Virus record (IMG/VR): IMGVR_UViG_3300017917_004503
Location: 87,374 to 151,373 of that record
Source of the DNA: a virus
Direction: 5' to 3' (one strand)
DNA: 64,000 bases
Both the position numbers and the translations under genes were made by a program. Below are positions 40,689 through 49,623 of this stretch, in pieces; positions within the stretch are counted from its first letter, which is position 1; every line of letters begins with the position of its first letter. The notes under the pieces were generated by a model. That model was not told where the DNA came from and did no database searches. It saw only the letters and a list, made by a program, of their open reading frames with translations.

Positions 40689-42698
40689 ATGCCAGATTTA
40701 AAATTGTTAAGAATAGAACAAGGTGATAGCCAGAAGAATTTAGCTGACAAAGTTAATCAAAATTTTTCTGACATTATTGCTTTTGGTGGTGGACCCTATG
40801 GAAAAGTAGGTAAACAGGGACCACAGGGTGATCAAGGAATAACCGGCCCAGTTGGACCGTATGGATCGCTTGGATATAGAGGCAGCATATGGACTGTTGG
40901 CCCAACACAGCCTTCTGCTACCGGAGGGTTTAATGGCGACTATTGGATTAACCCTGAAAATTTTAATTCTGTTTATATTCTTAATTCTGGTTCATGGTCA
41001 CCTTATGGATTTAATCTACTCGGTCAAGATTTATTTAGAATTTATGAACCAGTAACAACGTCTTCTGGAAACTCTACATATTCTGGCTATTATATTTCAT
41101 CTATTAATCCACAGCAGAATACTCTAGTTTTAAGTGATAATATTGTAGCTAACGACTCAGTTACAGCAAATCCGCAGTATTCTAAAGTTGTTATTTCTAT
41201 AGATGGTGGTGCAACAGGTAAGAACTTAATGGAGTTTACAAAAAGCGAGTATGTTGATAATACTTCTTTTAGAAGTTCTACACCCAGATTTTTCTGGAGC
41301 GATAGATCTTTAACTAATTACAATCTTTCTTTCCTAAGTGGAGGATCTTTATTTTTCGATCTTTCGTCAAATCTCTCTTTGCAATCTAAGGCTTTTGGGT
41401 ATAATCTAAATTTTAGAAGTTCAGGGATGATCCTGAATCTAAACTCTTCACTCGGATTTTCTGCTAGATCTTCTGGAGGAAATATCATATTAGATTTCAA
41501 AACAACAGGGACTGCTAATTTTTCAGCTGGCAATATCAGATATTCATCTAGTTTATTTACCATGCCTGTTAATTTTGTGATCACCTCACAGAGCACAGAC
41601 TCGCTTCCTGCATTATGGTTATCGAATTCTAATTCTTCCGTTAGTGGATTTAGACACAAATCTAACATCCAACCGAATAGAAGTTCTAGACTTTTTCGAG
41701 CTTACGATGTTGCTTCTGCATCATCAATGTTTGAAGTTTTGGGCGACGGAGAGGTCTATTTAAACAGAAAGGTAAGTTCAATACAACCAAGCCAATCTGT
41801 TTCAAAAGGAGGAACAGGAACTGTTTATATTGGAGCAACTTCATCTGTTTCTGTTGGCTGGTATGCAGTAATCCCGACGATTGCCATTACCTCCTCTGTT
41901 ACTAATACTGTAAATTGTAATAACGGTTCTAATTTTGTAATAACACCAACATCGACTGGACCATCCAGTGCAACTGGTATTTATTTATGGACACCTTCAA
42001 CAGGTGGAGGTATTAACACCAATCCTGGATGGCTAAATCTAATCAATAATCAAAATTCTGAGTCTATAAGTTTTACTGTTAGAACAGATTCAGAAAGTAA
42101 ATTGGTTAGATTTATAGGCTTAGGACTTGGACAGACTTATGATGTTTTACCTCCTGGAGAATATATCTCTTCCACCGGAAACGGAGGATTTGTGGATCTG
42201 ACAGGAAACAATTCAATCGGCGCTTCTCATATAGACTTTACGATTATAAACTTATACGGTCAGAGTGCAGTAGCTAACAACAGATGGTTTAAGGTTTACT
42301 ATAGTGCTTATGGAGGAAATTTAGGTTCAGTTAAATGTGGTGTTCTTTACACCCCACCTTTTAGTGCTTATATTAACACTGGATCTATCTATATGACAGA
42401 TTCATCTCTGAGCCAAACTCTTCCTTTTTCTAGTACTATTTTAGCAACAGGTACACCTATAACACCTGGGCAATCTAGAAACTTTACACCTCCTTCTTTC
42501 CCAAGTGGAAGTGCCTTTAGTGCAACAGCTACTTTTTCATCTGCACCGACAACAGTAACTGCTACTCTGATAAGGTATCCATCTGGAACATCTACAAACG
42601 GTACTATTAGTGGATCTGGAACTAGCAGAACTATTACTTGGAGTGGAATAGATTTATCTACTTCTACTGCCTATGTGGTTAGAATTGGTGGATCTTAA
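40689..42698 (+). CDS. collagen-segment tail fibre protein, paralog 2, with extra C-terminal domain
   Basis: KVNQNFSDI, 10 G-X-Y triplets, GDYWIN; C-terminus homologous to that of the 13691 protein. Confidence 0.65.
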   Translation: MPDLKLLRIEQGDSQKNLADKVNQNFSDIIAFGGGPYGKVGKQGPQGDQGITGPVGPYGSLGYRGSIWTVGPTQPSATGGFNGDYWINPENFNSVYILNSGSWSPYGFNLLGQDLFRIYEPVTTSSGNSTYSGYYISSINPQQNTLVLSDNIVANDSVTANPQYSKVVISIDGGATGKNLMEFTKSEYVDNTSFRSSTPRFFWSDRSLTNYNLSFLSGGSLFFDLSSNLSLQSKAFGYNLNFRSSGMILNLNSSLGFSARSSGGNIILDFKTTGTANFSAGNIRYSSSLFTMPVNFVITSQSTDSLPALWLSNSNSSVSGFRHKSNIQPNRSSRLFRAYDVASASSMFEVLGDGEVYLNRKVSSIQPSQSVSKGGTGTVYIGATSSVSVGWYAVIPTIAITSSVTNTVNCNNGSNFVITPTSTGPSSATGIYLWTPSTGGGINTNPGWLNLINNQNSESISFTVRTDSESKLVRFIGLGLGQTYDVLPPGEYISSTGNGGFVDLTGNNSIGASHIDFTIINLYGQSAVANNRWFKVYYSAYGGNLGSVKCGVLYTPPFSAYINTGSIYMTDSSLSQTLPFSSTILATGTPITPGQSRNFTPPSFPSGSAFSATATFSSAPTTVTATLIRYPSGTSTNGTISGSGTSRTITWSGIDLSTSTAYVVRIGGS

Positions 42699-42726
42699 TA
42701 AATAAATTAGAACAAAGTATTTAGAC

Positions 42727-44457
42727 ATGCACTTTAACATAAAACATATTTTCAAAGGAGAATCTGAATCTGAAATAGTTAAAAAGATTAATTATAACTT
42801 CGATCAGATTATATCTTTTGCTGTCGGTCCAGACGGACAAGGTGGTCCAAAGGGTTCTTTAGGAATACCTGGACCAGCGGGTAAAAAAGGAGCAACTGGA
42901 CCAACTGGAACTAGATCAAGTCTTTTTACTAAACAGGATACATCACCTGCCACTGGGGATTCCAATCCATATGATTATTGGATAGATTCATCTTCGAGTG
43001 ATTATAGCATATATTCTTATGGTGTAACTGGATCTGGCTCGTGGTCTTTCACTGGTTATTCTTTATTCTCTTCTCCATATTTTAATGTATACGACGGAAT
43101 AGTAGGACCAGGAGGAGCTACTGATAAGTTTGCGATAGCTTTTAAAAATGGAGCATCGTTTCTTGTTGATAACGGTCTTTCGGTTTCTGATGCTAGCTTA
43201 ATAATATCCGATGGAACTATTACATCTTCTAATGGAAATCCGAATCGTTCTAAACTTGTGATTGCGACCGAAGATCAAACTTCTAGACCTATATTAGCCT
43301 TTGCTAAAACTGGTTCATCTAACTCAGGAATACCTTCTTTCTATTGGACAAATAGTGGTAATTCTACGAATTTATCTTTTAGAAGCACCGGTGATTTTTA
43401 CATATCGTCACTTTTAGGCTTAACCGTAGATTCATATACCGCAAGTTCTATTTTGAATGGTAACTCTGCTTCAATCACTTCGACGAGTGATATTACGATA
43501 GGTGGAACCGGCGATTTTTTCCTAAATACTAATACGACTGTTGGTGTTGGTTCTAATTTCATCGTTAGCTCTGGTAACTTAACTTTCAGTAGCACATCTT
43601 TTAGAAGTTCGAATCCTGTAAAGATTACAAATACTTCACAAACGTCGGGGTATGTGTTTGATACTACAAAAAACTCGACTGCATTTCTTTCTTATTCAGG
43701 TGTAGAAATATACGGTGGTAGTTTTGCAACAAAAATGTTTGAATTTAGAGATAGTAATAATGCAACTATTTTCTCTAGTAGCGTAAAGGGACCAGTTCAA
43801 ACCAACAATTATGGACAAACGACATTTGGATCTACCGGCGGTTTACCTGCAGGAGGAACTGCTGGTCCATATTTTTATCATGTTAAAAGATCTACTGAAT
43901 ATAGGCAAAGTACATATTCACTATTTTGTTTAGGTGCTAATAATATTGCAACGACATCAAGTACTTTAGTTTCGGGTACAATAAGGAACGTCTTTGACAT
44001 TTCAAACCCTGAATCATTTTTAACTGATACTATTATAATTACACCAACCACGTACGAGTCTCCGTCCACATCAACTGTTTATGTAAGAATACCTAGTTAT
44101 TTTGCATCAACCTTACCTGGTGTTTATTATTCAAACACTTCTTGTAATTATAGGATTATACTTAATGATGAATCAGGATCTCCAACATATTCTTTAGGTG
44201 GATTAGTTTTTACTTATTATAATTATCCTTCTCTTTTTAATTACTACTTTACCAGTGATTATTACGTTCCTTTTAATTCCTCTTCTACATGCTATTATGT
44301 TGATTTATTTTTTGCACCAGCTGCTAGTTCAACTAATGCAAATCCTAGAATTTTTTGGAAAACGTGCGATGGTAGATCTGGATACCTAACTACAACAAAT
44401 AAAAATACTGTTGGTACTTTCTCTGCTTCTGGAACAACGTTTAGCGGAAGTGCATAA
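42727..44457 (+). CDS. collagen-segment tail fibre protein, paralog 3
   Basis: KINYNFDQI, 10 G-X-Y triplets, YDYWID. Confidence 0.65.
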   Translation: MHFNIKHIFKGESESEIVKKINYNFDQIISFAVGPDGQGGPKGSLGIPGPAGKKGATGPTGTRSSLFTKQDTSPATGDSNPYDYWIDSSSSDYSIYSYGVTGSGSWSFTGYSLFSSPYFNVYDGIVGPGGATDKFAIAFKNGASFLVDNGLSVSDASLIISDGTITSSNGNPNRSKLVIATEDQTSRPILAFAKTGSSNSGIPSFYWTNSGNSTNLSFRSTGDFYISSLLGLTVDSYTASSILNGNSASITSTSDITIGGTGDFFLNTNTTVGVGSNFIVSSGNLTFSSTSFRSSNPVKITNTSQTSGYVFDTTKNSTAFLSYSGVEIYGGSFATKMFEFRDSNNATIFSSSVKGPVQTNNYGQTTFGSTGGLPAGGTAGPYFYHVKRSTEYRQSTYSLFCLGANNIATTSSTLVSGTIRNVFDISNPESFLTDTIIITPTTYESPSTSTVYVRIPSYFASTLPGVYYSNTSCNYRIILNDESGSPTYSLGGLVFTYYNYPSLFNYYFTSDYYVPFNSSSTCYYVDLFFAPAASSTNANPRIFWKTCDGRSGYLTTTNKNTVGTFSASGTTFSGSA

Positions 44458-44494
44458 AATTATCAGATATAATTTAAAATAAATATATAAAAAG

Positions 44495-44764
44495 ATGATC
44501 GAACTAAACAAAGAAGAAAAAAATAAAATTCTTGATTTATCTAGAGATTTTATTAGAATCCACGGAGAATTACTTTCTGTTGAGGAATCAATTAAAAAGC
44601 TGGAAGCTAAATCTTTGGATCTTATCGCACAGCTTGAGGAATGCCGAACCACAGATAAGCAATTTTCAGATCAGCTAAAAGAAAAATATGGTCCAGGACG
44701 TTTAGATGTCAATGGATTATGTTGGAAAAATGAAGAAACTTTAATTTATGAAGAACTTAGGTAA
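44495..44764 (+). CDS. small coiled-coil protein
   Basis: 89-aa heptad pattern ending LKEKYGPGRLD. Confidence 0.55.
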   Translation: MIELNKEEKNKILDLSRDFIRIHGELLSVEESIKKLEAKSLDLIAQLEECRTTDKQFSDQLKEKYGPGRLDVNGLCWKNEETLIYEELR

Positions 44765-45581
44765 CATATTAAAAGCCTTAACCAGTCGAGGATCTCTTGT
44801 AATGGTTATCATTTTACTATTCTTTTTGTTCATGAGACAGTGTAATGAAACTGCTCACTTAGAAGCCGAGGTTAGAAGAGAACATAATAATTATTTGGCC
44901 CAGTTAGATAGTGTCAGAACAATTAAAAGTGAGAATGGTCATTTGATACAGGAGAAATCTACTTTCCAATTAAAAATCTCTGAATTGTCATCTGAACAAA
45001 AGGATCTAATAAAAAGACTTGAATTGAAAAGTAATGGTAGAGGAACAACACCTAAGAGCGTAATTCAAACTGTTGGTAACATTAAGGACGATAAGATTTT
45101 TGTAAAATCGAGTGTTTCTAAAGATACTAGTGGTTTAGAAACGATAAACTTTGTCTATGAACCAACTTTACCAGGAAAGAATAGATTGAAAATTACAGGA
45201 AAGACTCCTTATGAAATTAATTTGAAAAGAAATCCTAATGACTCTTTAAATTATATTACATCGATAATACCAGGTACAACTAATCTTTCATTAGAACAGA
45301 GTATTGATATAGTAACAGCTATTTACCAGGATCCTAAAACAAAAAGATTAATGACCAGGGTAACTACCGACTACCCAAATCTCACATTTAGCGATATTAA
45401 TTCTTTTGAGGTAACCGACAATCCCGAAACGAGAAAGGCTCTAAAATCTGCAAGAAAGGAATTTGGCCTTGGGATTCATCTTGGTTATGGTATATCTGGA
45501 TCTTCGACAGGAATGAATCCCGGTATTTATTTAGGATTTGGTCTTCATTACTCTCCGAAGTTTTTACAATTTGGAAAATAA
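44748..45581 (+). CDS. membrane-anchored coiled-coil protein, putative spanin-like
   Basis: N-terminal TM helix ending RQC, coiled coil, and C-terminal amphipathic beta hairpin (GLGIHLGYG..IYLGFGLHY). Confidence 0.45.
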   Translation: MKNLGNILKALTSRGSLVMVIILLFFLFMRQCNETAHLEAEVRREHNNYLAQLDSVRTIKSENGHLIQEKSTFQLKISELSSEQKDLIKRLELKSNGRGTTPKSVIQTVGNIKDDKIFVKSSVSKDTSGLETINFVYEPTLPGKNRLKITGKTPYEINLKRNPNDSLNYITSIIPGTTNLSLEQSIDIVTAIYQDPKTKRLMTRVTTDYPNLTFSDINSFEVTDNPETRKALKSARKEFGLGIHLGYGISGSSTGMNPGIYLGFGLHYSPKFLQFGK

Positions 45582-45592
45582 AATTTTAAAAA

Positions 45593-47878
45593 ATGTCATT
45601 TAGCAGCACTTCAAAATATGTCCAACTTACTCCGTATCTTCTTATGGAGTACATGTATGCTGACGAACCACAACCCGAATCCTATTTTGTTAATAGTGGA
45701 CCTGTAACAGTTGGATATCAGAAGCTGATAAATGGGTATGCGTCCAATAGTGTTCAAGTATTCAATCCTAATTCTGATTTTGATATAACACATAACACTG
45801 CTAATAATAGTGTGGTACAGATTGCTACAAATTCTTTTGTGACACTTGATTCTAATCTAATCATACCTTTTAATGATTACTCTGAGAAGTTAACAGATAC
45901 CAACAATCTACCCATCACATTTCCTTCTAATTTATCTGTAGTATATGATACTGTTAGATACCATATTAGAGCAGGATATACCTTGAATAACACAGATGGA
46001 ATAATTTTACAAATCGAATTGCAAGATCAAAACCTGAGTTATGTTACAATTTCACAAATCTTGCTACAGAAAGGAACCCAACAGGAATATACCCTAAATC
46101 CGAATCCTGTAACAATTGGATCAAATATTTATGATAAATATTTTGAAATAAAAATTCCAAATTCGCTAGATATGAACAACAAATATCTAGCGGCTTCAAG
46201 TAGTTTTAAACCACAAACACTAGCCTCTTTAATCAGTCAAAGTGGAAATGGATTTGTTTACGGAGCTCCTATGAGAATTGGGGTTTGGCAGGTTCAAAGT
46301 ACTATCGATTTTGAAGGATATTCTAGATATGATTCTGCTAGAATTGCTTTATTGTCTCTTGAAGCTGAAGATCCTTTTTCGAATATAGGTGCTACAATCA
46401 AAATTTCAGATCAAGGTCAGTTTTTTGAATACTATGCAACCGATAATGAAGGATTTATTGAGGATTTCATACTGTTTCAGAATTCAATTGGGAATAGCTA
46501 TTATATTAGTCACAAGATAGAAGTCCTAGAACAAATAGGAACTGCAGTTATACAAACATCTAGCTTTGAATCTATTCAAACGACAGCATATGATTCACCC
46601 AATTATTATCGTCCAATAGTTAGGAATGCAGCTTATTCAGTTTCTTTTACATTGAGATACACTATGTCTTTAATTAATAATGTTGATCAAAGTAGAGTAA
46701 TAAGAATATCTTCATACACATCAGATAATCCTGCTAACTGGGGATTGACAATAACTCAAATACAGCTACAAAATCTTCCTCAGGTACAGAAAATCTATAA
46801 TAGAGTTTATGACCAACCTTCGATAACTATGGGTAACAATGGGTCACTTCAACCTAGAGAGATTCTAAAATATACTAATGTTTTCATTCAGCAGAATTAC
46901 GTAACAGCAACAAGTAATAATCTAACTTTTTCTTCAGGTACTTTGGCAGAGTCAGTGGGAACAACTTCAGTTACTGCTGTCGGATCTGGTAAATTAACTA
47001 TTTCAATTTCACCTTTTGATAACTATTATAAATTCAAATTTATAAAGAATGTAGCGAACGGAACACCTTCTGCTATTGATTTGAGTGATAGTGGATTATT
47101 TAAACTTGCATTTCTCGACAAGGCAGGAAATAAAACTTATATCCCTGCTTTAGCAGACTTAACGATAGCCAGACCATCTTCGGGAGAACTTGCTTTTAAG
47201 ATTGACGAGTCAACCTCAGGTAAAATTCTACAGTTTACTGATAGAAGATTTTTCATAACCAACGGTGGAGGTGCTACTGGTTCAGTCTCAAGTCCTCCAG
47301 CTACACAATTAGCAGCAGCAACTACTGGAACTACTCCTGAAGCTGCGAGAAGAACCGCAGCAATTGTAAATTCTGTTGCTTCGGTTACCAATCAGTCAAC
47401 TTCAGTTTTATATTGGGGATACTGGAAAAAAGACGGAGAATCTGACGTTGTGGTTCCAACTACACCGGCTCCTCCTGTTTCATCTGGATCTGGAGCAAGA
47501 GTTCTAGGAACAATCGGTGGAGTTACAAATGCTCCTAAACCAGCAATAAGCCAAATAGCACCTCCAGCTTCTCAAACTATTTCAGATGTCAGAATATCTG
47601 ATGGCGGGCCTCAGGCTAAACCTAGTTTAACAGGCAGCGCTTTAATTTCTGCACTATCAGCTCAAATTGATGGATATAAAGCAACCGGATGGGCTGATCA
47701 AACAATAATAACATATTTTTTAACCCCAGGTAGAGCTGGATATTTACAGTATCCTGGATTAACAAAAGAACAATTTGTTACTGCTGCTGAAGGGATATTA
47801 GCTCCTTCTAGCTTACAGTCTCTTGTTAGTCCTAACAGAGGGAAAAGAAATGGTGGATCTACTGTTGGTCCAGTTTAA
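45593..47878 (+). CDS. hypothetical virion protein with Pro/Ala/Thr-rich C-terminal linker
   Basis: 761-aa ORF in the structural cluster. Confidence 0.5.
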   Translation: MSFSSTSKYVQLTPYLLMEYMYADEPQPESYFVNSGPVTVGYQKLINGYASNSVQVFNPNSDFDITHNTANNSVVQIATNSFVTLDSNLIIPFNDYSEKLTDTNNLPITFPSNLSVVYDTVRYHIRAGYTLNNTDGIILQIELQDQNLSYVTISQILLQKGTQQEYTLNPNPVTIGSNIYDKYFEIKIPNSLDMNNKYLAASSSFKPQTLASLISQSGNGFVYGAPMRIGVWQVQSTIDFEGYSRYDSARIALLSLEAEDPFSNIGATIKISDQGQFFEYYATDNEGFIEDFILFQNSIGNSYYISHKIEVLEQIGTAVIQTSSFESIQTTAYDSPNYYRPIVRNAAYSVSFTLRYTMSLINNVDQSRVIRISSYTSDNPANWGLTITQIQLQNLPQVQKIYNRVYDQPSITMGNNGSLQPREILKYTNVFIQQNYVTATSNNLTFSSGTLAESVGTTSVTAVGSGKLTISISPFDNYYKFKFIKNVANGTPSAIDLSDSGLFKLAFLDKAGNKTYIPALADLTIARPSSGELAFKIDESTSGKILQFTDRRFFITNGGGATGSVSSPPATQLAAATTGTTPEAARRTAAIVNSVASVTNQSTSVLYWGYWKKDGESDVVVPTTPAPPVSSGSGARVLGTIGGVTNAPKPAISQIAPPASQTISDVRISDGGPQAKPSLTGSALISALSAQIDGYKATGWADQTIITYFLTPGRAGYLQYPGLTKEQFVTAAEGILAPSSLQSLVSPNRGKRNGGSTVGPV

Positions 47879-47892
47879 AAAAATAATATAAG

Positions 47893-48441
47893 ATGATTTT
47901 AAATCCAAAAGGCAGTAGTTTTTATTTCAATTTTCCTAAAGGCTTTTTTTCTGAAAGAGTTGTTTCCAAATACACTAAATACATCGAGAAACAGCCTTCT
48001 CCCTTCGAAAACGTTCCGCAGTACGTGAATAGTACTATACAGTCGATTTCATTCCCTAGCTTAAATATTGACAGCGTTGAGCAAGTAAGACCTTTGGGCA
48101 AGAAGGTTAGCTATAAAAGTTCTACTCCTCTGCAGGATTTATTTTCTAAAGACATAAGTATAAATTTTAAGGCTGCTGATGGATTCGTTAATTATTTTAT
48201 AATGCTTGACACTGTTCTTGATTTTTTAAATTTTGGAAATCCTCAAGTCTTTATTCAAACTTTGCCATTAAGGGTTATGGATGGTGAAGGAAACATAGTA
48301 TTCTCTGTTGAATTCCAGGAAGTTATTTTTACTTCTTTTAGTGGATTAGAGCTCAATTACACATCAAATAACCCATCTTATACTGGCTTTACGTTGGGAT
48401 TCACATGTAACTATTTAGACGTAAAGTTTGAAGCTAAATAA
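47893..48441 (+). CDS. tail tube-fold protein (gp3 tail completion / gp19-like)
   Basis: QSISFPSLNI...LRVMD..GNIV.SVEF....TSFSGLELNY...FTLGF pattern; 182 aa. Confidence 0.55.
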   Translation: MILNPKGSSFYFNFPKGFFSERVVSKYTKYIEKQPSPFENVPQYVNSTIQSISFPSLNIDSVEQVRPLGKKVSYKSSTPLQDLFSKDISINFKAADGFVNYFIMLDTVLDFLNFGNPQVFIQTLPLRVMDGEGNIVFSVEFQEVIFTSFSGLELNYTSNNPSYTGFTLGFTCNYLDVKFEAK

Positions 48442-48443
48442 GA

Positions 48444-48451
48444 GATATATA
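48444..48451 (+). promoter_or_regulatory. putative late promoter GATATATA
   Basis: Recurrent intergenic motif. Confidence 0.55.
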
Positions 48452-48470
48452 GTAAAACAAATTATATAAA

Positions 48471-48710
48471 ATGAAAAAGTTTTCAGAAATTAAAGAGTTG
48501 AACGAAATGAAATACGGACAATTCTTAGGTGATTCTAAAGATCAAATGAAAAATCTTTTGGTTGCAGCTGCAGGAAATGATCAGAGAGTTCTTAATGATC
48601 TAGTTTCTAGTTTAACTGACGATCAAATGAAAAAATGCTTTGATAAGTTATCCAAAGTTTATGGATATACCGGTTCTATTGGTCAAATTGTTCACCCTGC
48701 AGTTAATTAA
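48471..48710 (+). CDS. small protein with capsid-targeting-like N-terminus
   Basis: MKKFSEIKELNE resembles T4 internal protein leader MKTYQEFIAE. Confidence 0.5.
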   Translation: MKKFSEIKELNEMKYGQFLGDSKDQMKNLLVAAAGNDQRVLNDLVSSLTDDQMKKCFDKLSKVYGYTGSIGQIVHPAVN

Positions 48711-48713
48711 TAT

Positions 48714-49439
48714 ATGTCATTTAAACAAAATCTAGTAGGTATTGACTTTTCTATCAATTCCCCATCTTTTTGCTGTTACAAGGACGGGAAATACACCTGG
48801 GGATCTTTAACAAGATCCGATAGAAGCTCAGAGTCATTAATGAAAAATTCAAAAAAGCCATTTTCAATACTAGATTCTCATCCTGACTTTGAATTGTGCT
48901 TTTTAGATAAGAACGAGCTTCCCGAAGAATATTCGGCTAGAGAAAGAGTTAAAATTACTTATTTTGAAGATATTGTTAACTCACTTTGGTCTTCGATAGA
49001 GAGAATTATGGGAGGATCTGAATTTCAAGTTGCTATGGAGGGTTTAAGTTTCTCTTCGAACGGTAACGCATTAATTGATATTTCCATGGCAACTGCACTA
49101 CTTCGTCAAAGAATAATAAATAGAGTAGGGACTGAAAATTTTCACGTTTTCTCTCCAACATCTATTAAAAAGTTTGCTTTCAAGGGTAATGCCAAGAAGG
49201 ATGAACTTTATGAAGCTTTGATAAAATTTGAGGAGACTGGAACAAATTTGGTATCTCTTACTACTATATTGGAAGAAAACAAGATTGAGTGGATTACACC
49301 TAAGAAAGTGGTGAATAAACCAGTCGATGATATTGTGGATTCAACTTGGATTACATTGTATTTAAAAAGTAAATTGGAGGAATTTTATGGAATTGAGGAA
49401 ATTTTGGAACAACAAATCGCGTCAATTGACGCAATCTAA
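48714..49439 (+). CDS. RuvC/RNase H-fold nuclease (putative Holliday junction resolvase)
   Basis: VGIDFS, AMEG, PTSIKKFA..GNAKKDE and DDIVDS acidic catalytic motifs. Confidence 0.75.
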   Translation: MSFKQNLVGIDFSINSPSFCCYKDGKYTWGSLTRSDRSSESLMKNSKKPFSILDSHPDFELCFLDKNELPEEYSARERVKITYFEDIVNSLWSSIERIMGGSEFQVAMEGLSFSSNGNALIDISMATALLRQRIINRVGTENFHVFSPTSIKKFAFKGNAKKDELYEALIKFEETGTNLVSLTTILEENKIEWITPKKVVNKPVDDIVDSTWITLYLKSKLEEFYGIEEILEQQIASIDAI

Positions 49440-49576
49440 CAGATCGTATTCGGAAAGATCTTATTCCGGTTTATCATTTTTCGATCAAAAAATCTTTTCT
49501 TTTCATTTTTCAAATTTTAATGGATACATTTCTTTGCATCCCGATATAATTCTGTGTATAATTATTAAATAATCTA

Positions 49577-49603
49577 GGAACATTTTCAAAATAACAACTA
49601 AAA
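49577..49603 (+). promoter_or_regulatory. putative promoter GGAAC-N17-TAAAA
   Basis: Recurrent bipartite motif upstream of the SSB gene. Confidence 0.45.
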
Positions 49604-49623
49604 AAATAAATTTTTAAAAAATC

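Noticed and set aside
18569-42698. Diversity-generating retroelement (TR/VR pair) behind the duplicated C-terminal domain
   Set aside because: Both copies are coding, differ by indels and non-adenine changes, and no reverse transcriptase is in the window
1-48441. Bacterial contractile injection system or prophage in a host chromosome, suggested by dnaK, rpsA, phoH and ferritin
   Set aside because: T4-like gp13, gp32, gp61, UvsW/UvsY and phage-type promoters, with host-like genes isolated from their usual operons, indicate a lytic phage genome
49387-49572. 61-aa ORF or structured RNA in the gap before the SSB gene
   Set aside because: ORF overlaps the nuclease gene and has no coding character; no convincing stem pattern or tRNA fold
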